In this document: positions 9,299-18,576 of the stretch, piece by piece | Numbering within the stretch: the stretch's first letter is position 1 | How the letters are laid out: the number at the start of each line of letters is the position of its first letter | From: Candidatus Saliniplasma halalkaliphilum | GTDB lineage: Archaea; Thermoplasmatota; Thermoplasmata; Halarchaeoplasmatales; Halarchaeoplasmataceae | Assembly (NCBI GenBank): GCA_019594235.1 | Contig: JAFDTG010000001.1 | Location: forward strand, 5,722 to 69,721 | Length of the DNA: 64,000 nt | Reading direction: 5' to 3' | Translations under genes and position numbers: made by a program | Notes under the pieces: model-generated | Told to the model about the DNA's origin: nothing | The model's database searches: none | What the model saw: the letters and a program-made list of their open reading frames with translations, nothing else

Positions 9299-9513
9299 CT
9301 TACACCTGTCTGACAAATACCTTCGAACATTCATTAAAAACAAACTCTATAAAATTATCGGTGAGAATGCCTAGAAAAAAACTGAACAATTGGAACGAAG
9401 TTTTCGCAATTTAAACTGATTTGTTAAATCAAAACTAAAAAAGATATACAAAAAAAGGTTAAAGTTCACTATAAACCATAAAAAAATTTAAAACAGATTA
9501 AACTATACCTCAT

Positions 9514-9774
9514 ATGATAAACATGCTCGAAGAAGTATCAGAAATGATTGGAATTCAAGTATATACCAAAAATGGTATGTTCCTTGGCACAGTAAATAAT
9601 GTCGTTATCGATATGGATGAAGCAGGCATCGATGGTCTGTTTGTGGGTGATACTAATCCGTTACTAGTAGAAGATTCTAAGAGTGTCAAAGTACCTTACC
9701 GCTGGGTGAGTTCTGTTGGAGATATAATCCTTCTAAGGTACTTCCCAAAAAGAGTATCGATTTCTAAAGATTGA
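9514..9774 (+). CDS. PRC-barrel domain protein (CdpB-like, possibly cell division)
   Basis: GIQVYTKNGMFLGTV...VPYRWVSSVGDIILL. Confidence 0.88.
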   Translation: MINMLEEVSEMIGIQVYTKNGMFLGTVNNVVIDMDEAGIDGLFVGDTNPLLVEDSKSVKVPYRWVSSVGDIILLRYFPKRVSISKD

Positions 9775-9795
9775 TTTACTTACTGGGGGATTTGA

Positions 9796-10302
9796 TTGTC
9801 ACTATCTATACCAGAGTCCTGCTTCATATCTAAAAGTAGTACTATAATCGGAGATGTCGACTTAGGCGAGGGATGCAGTATATGGCCTAATGCAGTCCTA
9901 AGAGGAGATCAGAATTTTATCAAGATCCAGGACGGGACGAATATCCAAGATTGTGCCGTAGTTCATGTCGATGAAGAACACCACACTATAATCGGTAAAG
10001 ATGTCACCGTAGGACATGGAGCGATAGTTCACGGATGTGAAATCGGGGATGAAACTATTGTTGGTATGAATTCTACCGTTTTATCCGGTGCAGATGTTGG
10101 AAAGGTTTGTATTATAGGTGCAAATGCATTAGTGAGGGAAGATATGGTGATCCCAGATTATAGTATCGCAGTAGGTGTTCCCGCTAAAATAATTAAAGAA
10201 GGGGATGAGAACCTTAGAGAAAAAACCAAGGCTAACGCAGTGCATTATCACCATCTAAGGGACGAGCATAAAGAAGGGGTTTACGAATCTTATAAAGAAT
10301 GA
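9796..10302 (+). CDS. gamma-class carbonic anhydrase-like hexapeptide protein
   Basis: AVLRGD, TNIQD, VHV, VGHGAIVHGC. Confidence 0.92.
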   Translation: MSLSIPESCFISKSSTIIGDVDLGEGCSIWPNAVLRGDQNFIKIQDGTNIQDCAVVHVDEEHHTIIGKDVTVGHGAIVHGCEIGDETIVGMNSTVLSGADVGKVCIIGANALVREDMVIPDYSIAVGVPAKIIKEGDENLREKTKANAVHYHHLRDEHKEGVYESYKE

Positions 10303-10303
10303 G

Positions 10304-10825
10304 TTAGTACTCTATACCTTTTCTCGGACCTATTCCTTTTTCGAATGGATGTTTGATACATTTCATTTCAGTTACAAGTGAAGCTAATTCTAGGATCTCT
10401 TGAGGTGCGTTACGACCTGTTAGAACGATTTCGACGTCCTTATCACCATATTTCTTTAAAAAATCTATAAAATCTTCTAGGTTGAGTAATTCTAGATTTA
10501 AAACAACATTAATTTCATCAAGGATTAGGACATCCCAATCTTCCATCTCTATCGCCTCTATTGCCCTTTCAAAACCTTTCTTGACTTCTAATTTATCTTG
10601 TTCTTTTATTTTTTCATTTTTTATGAAGTCTGAAGTACCGTAGTTTTCGATTTGGATGTTAGGAGTGTTTTTTATGACCTTTCTTTCACCGGTTGATCTT
10701 CCTTTCATAAATTGAATGATCAGAACTTTCATCCCTCTTCCTACTGCTCTAATAGCAAGACCTAATCCAGCACTTGTTTTACCTTTGCCATCTCCAGTAT
10801 ATACCTGAATTAACCCTTTATCCAA
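10304..10825 (-). CDS. cobO: cob(I)alamin adenosyltransferase (CobO/BtuR)
   Basis: YTGDGKGKT, QFMKG, ILDE, TGR, KHPF...GIEY. Confidence 0.95.
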   Translation of the reverse strand: MDKGLIQVYTGDGKGKTSAGLGLAIRAVGRGMKVLIIQFMKGRSTGERKVIKNTPNIQIENYGTSDFIKNEKIKEQDKLEVKKGFERAIEAIEMEDWDVLILDEINVVLNLELLNLEDFIDFLKKYGDKDVEIVLTGRNAPQEILELASLVTEMKCIKHPFEKGIGPRKGIEY

Positions 10826-10860
10826 GTTCTCATCTCCTCATATATTCTAAATCAAATTAT

Positions 10861-11532
10861 TCAATTCCGTTGTAACTTATTTACCTTTTCATAATGATCT
10901 TTAGAATTCGAATATATCATTTTTTTATAATTTGTTTTATCTTCAGATAAATGCTTTAAATATAATAGTGAGGACACAGCAGATAAAATACCACCAAATA
11001 TTAAAGAAGTTGCAAATCCATAACCTATGCTAATTCCGGAGTGATCTAACTCTAAAACAGGAATATATGCAATGTACAATATCGAAAATAGCCACCACAT
11101 AAATAAAGGACTGATTCTATCGATTTTGTCAAATTGATATTTTAAAAGTTTGTATCCTACAAATACAATTACAACCGCATTTATCAAAAACATACCCTCT
11201 AAAATATGTATATTCAATGTGACTAAAAACAGTTCTAAAAAGAATGACACTATAGATAACCCTGCTATGATAAACATCCCTGCAATGAATGCAATAAAAG
11301 TGAACTCATGCTTAGTAAACAATAAAATAAAAGAAAACAAAAACAACAGACCAAGAAATATCAGGATTAACCAAATCACAGGGCTTTTGAAATATTCTTT
11401 AAATAATTGGGAAGTAAGTAAAATGAAAATCAGAGAGATCTCACCAAAAATTAAAAAATTTTTTAGTGGAATTATGTCAGACATTGTGTACAAATTTTCC
11501 TGTAACTCCTCGAACATTTTTAATGTCTCCAT
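10861..11532 (-). CDS. hypothetical multi-pass membrane protein
   Basis: About six hydrophobic segments; no recognised motif. Confidence 0.65.
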   Translation of the reverse strand: METLKMFEELQENLYTMSDIIPLKNFLIFGEISLIFILLTSQLFKEYFKSPVIWLILIFLGLLFLFSFILLFTKHEFTFIAFIAGMFIIAGLSIVSFFLELFLVTLNIHILEGMFLINAVVIVFVGYKLLKYQFDKIDRISPLFMWWLFSILYIAYIPVLELDHSGISIGYGFATSLIFGGILSAVSSLLYLKHLSEDKTNYKKMIYSNSKDHYEKVNKLQRN

Positions 11533-11590
11533 GATGAAACATAAATCCTAGCCTATTTTAAACTTATTAGAAACCATCGGGATTTATATA

Positions 11591-11764
11591 TCAAATTATA
11601 AAGGGGATGAGTTGAGAAAGTTCACCAAAAATCCACAATGCAATGATTATAACTGCGACTAGGATAAGAACGATAACACATTTTATGAGATGCCATACAA
11701 ACCATACAACTAATATCAATATAAGGATACCAATCAATATCAATATAGGAATTATGACTGCCAT
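11591..11764 (-). CDS. small hydrophobic membrane protein (57 aa), not in ORF track
   Basis: MAVIIPILILIGILILILVVWFVWHLIKCVIVLILVAVIIIALWIFGELSQLIPFII; TTTAAATA about 25 nt upstream. Confidence 0.65.
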   Translation of the reverse strand: MAVIIPILILIGILILILVVWFVWHLIKCVIVLILVAVIIIALWIFGELSQLIPFII

Positions 11765-11863
11765 ATTTTAGAAAGGTAAATCGGATTATTTAAATGTTTA
11801 TAAACATGATAGCTATTCAGACACCTGAAAGATTTAAATTACACCCTTGATTAGTATTGATAG

Positions 11864-12334
11864 ATGTTAGAAGAATACAAACATTTCACAGTAAAAAAGG
11901 GAATCGGTAAAAATGATGTGTCCACACTAAATGCTATAGATAAAGCATACTTAGATGCTGGAGTAGGCGATCTCAACCTTATTCGAGTTTCTTCTATATT
12001 ACCAAAAGGAACCGACAAAGTAGATCGAGTTGGCGAAGAATTTGGATCGTTTATTCCATGCGTTCTTGCTGAAGCCGTTGGAGTTAAAAATGAAGTAGCT
12101 GCAGGGATCGGTTATGGATTTGATAAAGACGGTGGAGGATACGTTGTTGAACATTCATTGTGCATGCAAGACATCGATATGGAAGAGTTTGATAACCAAA
12201 TAGAAAGGAAAGTCAAAGAGATGGGTAGAATTAGAAATATTGAGTTGGAGAAAGTACAAGTTGAAAGCATCAAAACGAAAATAGAAGCTTCAAAGTACGG
12301 TTGTGCTGTTGCTATACTGGTGTATTTACCATGA
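11864..12334 (+). CDS. pdaD: pyruvoyl-dependent arginine decarboxylase
   Basis: DAGVGDLNLIRVSSILP with Ser-Ser self-cleavage site. Confidence 0.85.
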   Translation: MLEEYKHFTVKKGIGKNDVSTLNAIDKAYLDAGVGDLNLIRVSSILPKGTDKVDRVGEEFGSFIPCVLAEAVGVKNEVAAGIGYGFDKDGGGYVVEHSLCMQDIDMEEFDNQIERKVKEMGRIRNIELEKVQVESIKTKIEASKYGCAVAILVYLP

Positions 12335-12792
12335 GTAGAGAAAGATATGGGATAATCGTATGTCCGGATTGTCAAAATGCACGTTCTGTTGACCTTACCA
12401 ATAAGACAACTAGATGTAACTATTGTGGAAATAGGATGAAGATAAAAAAGATGAATGTGTATTACCAAACAAATTCCCAAAAAGAAGCTGCATGGGCTGT
12501 TGGACGATTGAATGAGAAATTAAAAGGTAAAGAAGAACCTATAAAAGAAAAAAAAGAATCTTCAGATCCATATTATAAAGCGGCGAAAGAATCATCTAAA
12601 GGAGACAATCAGAGAGAAAAGCTTTTGATCTTAGCTAGGATTTTGACCGATGAGTTAGGACAATTTAATAAAGAAGACCTTGAAAAGGTTGCTGAAAAAA
12701 GCGATCTTGGAGATGTAGATACTATTATCAAAAACATTAGAAAAATAGATGATATCTACGAACCGGAGCATGAAGTTTTTAAATCAATTTAG
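12331..12792 (+). CDS. Zn-ribbon protein (DUF1922-like)
   Basis: CPDC...TTRCNYCG; ATG 12331 overlaps the pdaD stop (ATGA). Confidence 0.75.
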   Translation: MSRERYGIIVCPDCQNARSVDLTNKTTRCNYCGNRMKIKKMNVYYQTNSQKEAAWAVGRLNEKLKGKEEPIKEKKESSDPYYKAAKESSKGDNQREKLLILARILTDELGQFNKEDLEKVAEKSDLGDVDTIIKNIRKIDDIYEPEHEVFKSI

Positions 12793-14324
12793 AACCTTTT
12801 AACCATATAATGTCCCTCAAGCTCATACCCTAAATACCTATAGTACTCTCTTGCACCGACTCCACTTATTACACGTAAGCGATCTGCTTCTGATGCCGCA
12901 ATTTTTTCACATTCTTCGACTAGTTTTTTCCCGATCCCTTTGTGTTGGTACTTTTCCCCTTTTTTTTGCACAGGTGTCATCGAACCCACTACTTTTAACT
13001 CCCGTATAATTGGTGAGTTAGAGTCACAAATTCTTAGTCTTGAATAACCTATGATTATTGAATCAACACCTATTTCTAAAAAGTACTCTCGACCATCAGA
13101 TGCTCTGTAATTAATTACTTTCATTTCGATATCTGAAATATTAATATCTTTATTGGAATGTCCCGCCTCTCTGCACCTGATACAGTCACAATCAAGACCC
13201 ATATCCTTCAATTCTCTTCTGGCATATTGACGAAGATTACTTTTTTTCACACCTGCATCCACCAAAGGGGATGGAATGTCTCTCTGAACTCTTTGAATTC
13301 GTACATAGGGGGGTACTAATGATTTCATTTTAGCTACCAAGTTAGAAGCTTCTTCTGTGGTCATAGGATTATAATCACCATCTTTCCACCTCTCGTATAA
13401 TTCAGTTCCCTCCACGACTAAAGTTGGATAAATCTTTAACATGTCTGGTTTAAAACTTCCATCCTCAAATAATCTTTTAAACTCTTTTAGATCATCTTGA
13501 CTATTACTTCCAGGAAGACCAGGCATCATATGGTAACATACTTTGAATCCTCTTTCTTTGGCTAACTTAGTTGATTCGATAGTATCTTTCACTGTATGTC
13601 CCCTATGAATATTGTCTAATAATTCATCTCTCAAACTTTGTACCCCTAGCTCAACTCTAGTTGCACCCAATTCCAGCATCCGATCAATTTGCTGTTCTTT
13701 ACAATAATCAGGTCTGGTTTCTATGGTTAGACCGATGCATCTTATGTCAGAGGTCTCATTGATTTTTTTGGCTTCATCTAAAGAATTTGATACAGAGCCA
13801 TTCAATCCATCCAAACATCCTTTAACAAAACTCTTTTGATACTCCCATTCCCTAGCTGGGAAGGTTCCTCCCATGACGATAAGGTCTACTTTATCTGTTT
13901 TGTGACCTATAGCTTCGTATTGACGTAATCTATCCTCCACCTGCCTTTTTGGATCAAACTCGTTCCTCTCGGCCCTAAGAGCGGCCGGTTCTTTACCTGT
14001 GTAAGATTGAGGAGAAGGTTTTTCTTTATTTGGTCCTCCGGGACACATGATACATTTTCCGTGAGGACACTCCGCTGGAGAAGTCATACAGGCAACCACA
14101 GTTACACCCGATTTCTTCCTAGCCGGTTTCCTTTGTAGTACGGAGATTACTTCTTTCTTTTTTATACTATCAACTTCTTCAACATATTTTAACAATTCAG
14201 AATTCCTAGGAAGTTCGGATATGCCAAATTCTTTACAATATTTCATCTTGGCTTTCTGTAATTCATTGGGTGTACTAATCTCGCCAGAGTATATGTCCTC
14301 TAGGATTTTCTTTAAATGCTGCAT
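12789..14324 (-). CDS. elp3: Elp3 tRNA U34 carboxymethyltransferase (radical SAM + KAT)
   Basis: CPHGKCIMCPGGP, QSYTG, ETRPD, KIYPTLV, QHKGIG. Confidence 0.96.
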   Translation of the reverse strand: MQHLKKILEDIYSGEISTPNELQKAKMKYCKEFGISELPRNSELLKYVEEVDSIKKKEVISVLQRKPARKKSGVTVVACMTSPAECPHGKCIMCPGGPNKEKPSPQSYTGKEPAALRAERNEFDPKRQVEDRLRQYEAIGHKTDKVDLIVMGGTFPAREWEYQKSFVKGCLDGLNGSVSNSLDEAKKINETSDIRCIGLTIETRPDYCKEQQIDRMLELGATRVELGVQSLRDELLDNIHRGHTVKDTIESTKLAKERGFKVCYHMMPGLPGSNSQDDLKEFKRLFEDGSFKPDMLKIYPTLVVEGTELYERWKDGDYNPMTTEEASNLVAKMKSLVPPYVRIQRVQRDIPSPLVDAGVKKSNLRQYARRELKDMGLDCDCIRCREAGHSNKDINISDIEMKVINYRASDGREYFLEIGVDSIIIGYSRLRICDSNSPIIRELKVVGSMTPVQKKGEKYQHKGIGKKLVEECEKIAASEADRLRVISGVGAREYYRYLGYELEGHYMVKRF

Positions 14325-14466
14325 TTAGTTATCGATTTATCCTTTCTATATAACAATCTTTCCGTTGATTCGTATGTTAAAGGGAAAATGATATATAATC
14401 AATTTATTTAATGTGGAGTTAAGTGGTTGAACGGTCAATTAATGGCTTGTTTCTTCCATCCATAAA

Positions 14467-14540
14467 GGGCTCATAGTCTAGTTGGTTATGACGTCGCCTT
14501 GACATGGCGGAGGTCGCCGGTTCGAATCCGGCTGAGCCCA
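14467..14540 (+). tRNA. tRNA-Val(GAC)
   Basis: GGGCTCA/TGAGCCC acceptor stem, anticodon loop TTGACAT, T-arm GCCGG-TTCGAAT-CCGGC. Confidence 0.96.
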
Positions 14541-14725
14541 TTTTTTCACAAAAAATGGGCAGTTAGAGAGCGTAAGCTTTTCGACAAATAAATTCACTTT
14601 GTTCATTTATTCGTCTTGATCCTCGTTATCACTGCGGATTCTGACGAGCCCATTATAAAATTTTATATTTTTAGTGGGGTAAGAGAATACGTCAGTATTC
14701 TTGAGAGCCCATTATAAATTTTCAT
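14536..14725 (+). repeat. tRNA 3'-end direct repeats interspersed with hairpins
   Basis: GAGCCCATTATAAA at 14646 and 14705, matching the tRNA end GAGCCCATT; several inverted repeats between them. Confidence 0.65.
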
Positions 14726-14900
14726 TTAAAAAACATTTCAAACTATATTTAAAATATGATATAATTCTTTAAACAATACCGTATATCAATTTTATGTATT
14801 TTTTCCATAAAACCTTAACGATACATTTATTAATATCGAAGTAGGTTCTTAATAATGCCGCTCGAGTGTAAAGGGTGTGTATTAGAGCAGGTGAGATAGG

Positions 14901-15854
14901 TTGTATGAATATGAATTTAAGGTAGGAAAGAAAGTAGATTCTGTTAATATAGTTAATATATGCCCTGAATGCGGCAGTCAAAATATAATCTTAGATTATC
15001 AACATGGAGATCTTTTGTGTAACAAATGTGGTCTGATATTAGATGAATTATACCTTTATCAAGGGGACGAGTGGTTATCAAACGATTCTGACGAAGATAA
15101 TCACAAAATAAGAACAGGACCACCTGAAAATCCAAGAGTCTTCGATAAAGGTTTAACAACAGAAATTGACAATAAAAACAAGGATTCATACGGAAAACCC
15201 ATTTCCAATCAAAATCGTTCCCAATTATATAGATTGAGAAAATGGCAAAAAAGATTGAGAGCATCGAATGCCTTAGAAAAGAATTTGAAAAAAGCTTTTC
15301 GAGAAATAGATAGGATCGGTTCTGTATTGGGCTTGTCCAATCAAATGAGAGAAGAAGCTTGTCATCTATATAAAAAAGCGGTTAAAAAGAACTTGATACG
15401 AGGTAGAAGTATCAACTGTATAGCTTCATCCTGTATATACACGACTTGCAGACAAGTAGGAAAACCAAGAACTATGGAAGAAATATCAAGTGTAACTTTA
15501 CTCGATAAAAGAGATATAGGTAGAACATATCGATTTCTTTGCAGAGAACTAGAACTAAAAATAGAACCAACTAGATCCCAGGAATATATCGAAAGATATT
15601 GTAACGAATTAGATTTGAATGTCGATGTTATTAAAGACGCTAAGGAAATACTAAATGAAGCTGAGGTGGGTGAGATTTTATCTGGGAAAAGTCCATCAGG
15701 TTTAGCGGCAGCAGCAATATATATTTCAGCAAAGAATAAAAAAATAAAAATAACCCAAAAGAAAATTGCTGATGTGAGTTCTGTTACTGAAGTAACAATC
15801 CGTAACAGATATAAAGAACTCGTTGAAAAACTCAATATGAAAACACTATTCTAA
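14901..15854 (+). CDS. tfb: transcription initiation factor IIB (TFB), divergent paralog
   Basis: CPECG..CNKCG Zn ribbon, RLRKWQ, GKSPSGLAAAAIY, VTEVTIRNRYKEL; start uncertain. Confidence 0.93.
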   Translation: MYEYEFKVGKKVDSVNIVNICPECGSQNIILDYQHGDLLCNKCGLILDELYLYQGDEWLSNDSDEDNHKIRTGPPENPRVFDKGLTTEIDNKNKDSYGKPISNQNRSQLYRLRKWQKRLRASNALEKNLKKAFREIDRIGSVLGLSNQMREEACHLYKKAVKKNLIRGRSINCIASSCIYTTCRQVGKPRTMEEISSVTLLDKRDIGRTYRFLCRELELKIEPTRSQEYIERYCNELDLNVDVIKDAKEILNEAEVGEILSGKSPSGLAAAAIYISAKNKKIKITQKKIADVSSVTEVTIRNRYKELVEKLNMKTLF

Positions 15855-15980
15855 TTATTTTGATTCTACTATTTTTAAATGTTTGATTTGATTTTTAAAA
15901 AAGGTTTATAAGATACATTTCATTTTTCAACACTTAAGGAGATATCAAATAGATGAATGAAAAAAGACGGAGGTACTTAG

Positions 15981-18575
15981 ATGTCAGATAGAACACCCAT
16001 GATGAAGCAGTACTACAAACTGAAAAATCAGTACCCCGATTCAATCCTTTTCTTTCGGATGGGGGATTTTTACGAGATGTTCGATGAAGACGCTAAATTA
16101 GTAGCAAAGGAACTAGACATAGCCTTAACAACTAGAGATAAAGGAAAAGATGATCCAATACCTATGGCTGGTGTTCCATATCACTCCGTAGATTCTTACC
16201 TTCAAAGACTTATAAAAAATGGATACACAGTTGCAATTGCTGAACAGGTCGAAGATCCAAAACAAGCTAAGGGACTAGTTGATAGAGAAGTTGTAAGAGT
16301 AGTAACACCAGGAACTGTAATTGATGAGGGATTACTTGACGATTCTAGTAATAATTTTTTAATAGGGATAGCAGGTGACGGTCCTTACGGACTGGCTGCA
16401 GTGGATATATCTACAGGTGACTTTTTAGTCACTCAATTAGATGATGAAAAGGCTCTTGTTTCAGAAATAGTACGATATGAGCCTTCGGAATGCATATTAT
16501 CATCGAGCTTGATCAATGAGGAACAGTTTGTAGAAAAGCTGAGGCAGGAAGTTTCAATGATGATAAATAAATACAAAGACGAAGCATTCAGATTCCATCC
16601 TGCTGAATTAAAACTATTGGATCAGTTCGGTACAGAATCCTTGGAACCTCTTGGAATTAGTGATAAAAAACAAGCTGTAAGAGCGGCTGGAGCAGTCTTA
16701 GATTATCTTGAGGATACACAAAAAAGAACAATGGACTACATACAAAGACTACAATTTTATTCTCATGATGATTACATGACTTTGGATGCTACAACGTTAA
16801 AAAATTTAGAAATTTTTCAAAATTTACGTGAAGGAGGGAAAAAGGGAACTTTGCTTGAAATCATGGACGACACAGTAACTTCAATGGGTTACAGAAGGTT
16901 GAAAAAGTGGCTGCAACAGCCCTTACTTGATATCGATTTGATTGAAGAGAGATTAAAAGCAGTTCAGGAACTTAAAGATGAAATTTTTCTAAGGGACGAT
17001 CTTAGAAATCAGATGGACGGTATGTCAGATATAGAAAGGTTGATCAGCAGAGTGGTTTACGGAAACGCCAATGCTAGAGACCTGATTTCTATAAAGAACG
17101 TTTTAGGTAAATTGCAGCCCCTTCTAGAAATTTTAGATGATGTGAAAAGTGATTATTTACTCAATTTAAAAAAATCTTTAGACCCTATGGAAGACATCTG
17201 GAAACTAATCGATGACTCTATAATTAACGACCCTCCTAATACCGTTAAGGAAGGCGGCATTATAAAAGAAGGCTTCGACGATGATCTAGATGAGCTTAAA
17301 AGGAAAACAAAGGGGGGTAAAGAATGGATAAGTTCACTGGAAAGAAAAGAAAAAGATAAAACTGGGATCGAAACCTTAAAAGTTGGATACAATAAAGTCC
17401 ATGGTTACTACATAGAGGTACCAAAATCCCAGGATGATAAGGTTCCAGAGAACTATTCTAGAAAACAAACTTTGAAAAACAGCGAAAGATATTATACTGA
17501 AGAACTAAAAGATAAAGAAGAGGAGATAATCAGTTCGGAAGAAAAGATGGAGGCCTTTGAATACGAAATATTCAAAGAGATTCGAGAAGGGGCAGGTAGT
17601 CATTCAGAAAGGTTCCAAAAAACTGCAGAAGTGCTCTCTAAATTGGATGTTATTACTACGTTCGCTCATCTTGCGGTTAGAAATGATTACAATCGCCCTG
17701 ATATCGGAGAAGACGGTAGATTAGACATAAATGAGGGAAGGCATCCAGTAGTTGAAAAAACAGTGGATAGTTTTATTCCGAACGATGCACTTCTAGATAA
17801 GGAAAACAACAGATATATCATAATCACTGGACCTAATATGTCGGGTAAATCAACATATATGAGACAGAACGCATTGATTACGTTGTTAGCCCACGTAGGA
17901 AGTTTCGTTCCTGCCGAGAAAGCCCACATCGGGATCGTTGATAGAATATTTACCCGGGTTGGATCTTTAGATGCTTTGACTAGGGGTAAATCCACATTCA
18001 TGGTTGAAATGGTGGAGCTAGCTAACATATTACATAATGCATCCCAGGATAGTTTGATTTTGCTTGATGAAATAGGAAGTGGTACGAGCACATTCGATGG
18101 GCTGAGTATTGCCTGGGCTGTAACAGAGTATATCAATAAAAATATCAAAGCGAAAACGCTTTTTGCAACTCACTACCATGAGATAACAGAACTCGAAAAA
18201 TCTCTAAAAGGAGTTAAAAATTTACATGTTGCAGTTAAAGAAAGTGAGGGAGATGTAACATTTTTGAGGAAAGTAAGAGAAGGACACACCGACGAAAGTT
18301 ATGGTATCCATGTAGCATCTCTAGCAGGTGTGCCTAATCCAGTTGTTGAACGTTCTATGGAAGTGCTGAATCAAATAGAAGAGGACCACACTATAAAGAT
18401 GGAAACTCAAGATAGTCCTAAATTCAAACAGGTTGTTTTCGACCCCAATACTGGAGAAACATCTTCAGAAAGTCATCCTGTTATTGAAGAGTTAAAAAAG
18501 ATGGATATAGAGAATATGACTCCTATGGAAGCTATGAACGAACTTTGGAGACTTAGAAAGGAGGCGGAGGATTAA
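15981..18575 (+). CDS. mutS: DNA mismatch repair protein MutS
   Basis: TPMMKQY, RMGDFYE, TGPNMSGKST, STFMVEM, FATHY. Confidence 0.97.
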   Translation: MSDRTPMMKQYYKLKNQYPDSILFFRMGDFYEMFDEDAKLVAKELDIALTTRDKGKDDPIPMAGVPYHSVDSYLQRLIKNGYTVAIAEQVEDPKQAKGLVDREVVRVVTPGTVIDEGLLDDSSNNFLIGIAGDGPYGLAAVDISTGDFLVTQLDDEKALVSEIVRYEPSECILSSSLINEEQFVEKLRQEVSMMINKYKDEAFRFHPAELKLLDQFGTESLEPLGISDKKQAVRAAGAVLDYLEDTQKRTMDYIQRLQFYSHDDYMTLDATTLKNLEIFQNLREGGKKGTLLEIMDDTVTSMGYRRLKKWLQQPLLDIDLIEERLKAVQELKDEIFLRDDLRNQMDGMSDIERLISRVVYGNANARDLISIKNVLGKLQPLLEILDDVKSDYLLNLKKSLDPMEDIWKLIDDSIINDPPNTVKEGGIIKEGFDDDLDELKRKTKGGKEWISSLERKEKDKTGIETLKVGYNKVHGYYIEVPKSQDDKVPENYSRKQTLKNSERYYTEELKDKEEEIISSEEKMEAFEYEIFKEIREGAGSHSERFQKTAEVLSKLDVITTFAHLAVRNDYNRPDIGEDGRLDINEGRHPVVEKTVDSFIPNDALLDKENNRYIIITGPNMSGKSTYMRQNALITLLAHVGSFVPAEKAHIGIVDRIFTRVGSLDALTRGKSTFMVEMVELANILHNASQDSLILLDEIGSGTSTFDGLSIAWAVTEYINKNIKAKTLFATHYHEITELEKSLKGVKNLHVAVKESEGDVTFLRKVREGHTDESYGIHVASLAGVPNPVVERSMEVLNQIEEDHTIKMETQDSPKFKQVVFDPNTGETSSESHPVIEELKKMDIENMTPMEAMNELWRLRKEAED

Positions 18576-18576
18576 A

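Noticed and set aside
14646..14718. CRISPR mini-array
   Set aside because: Only two 14-bp copies, derived from the tRNA end; no cas genes
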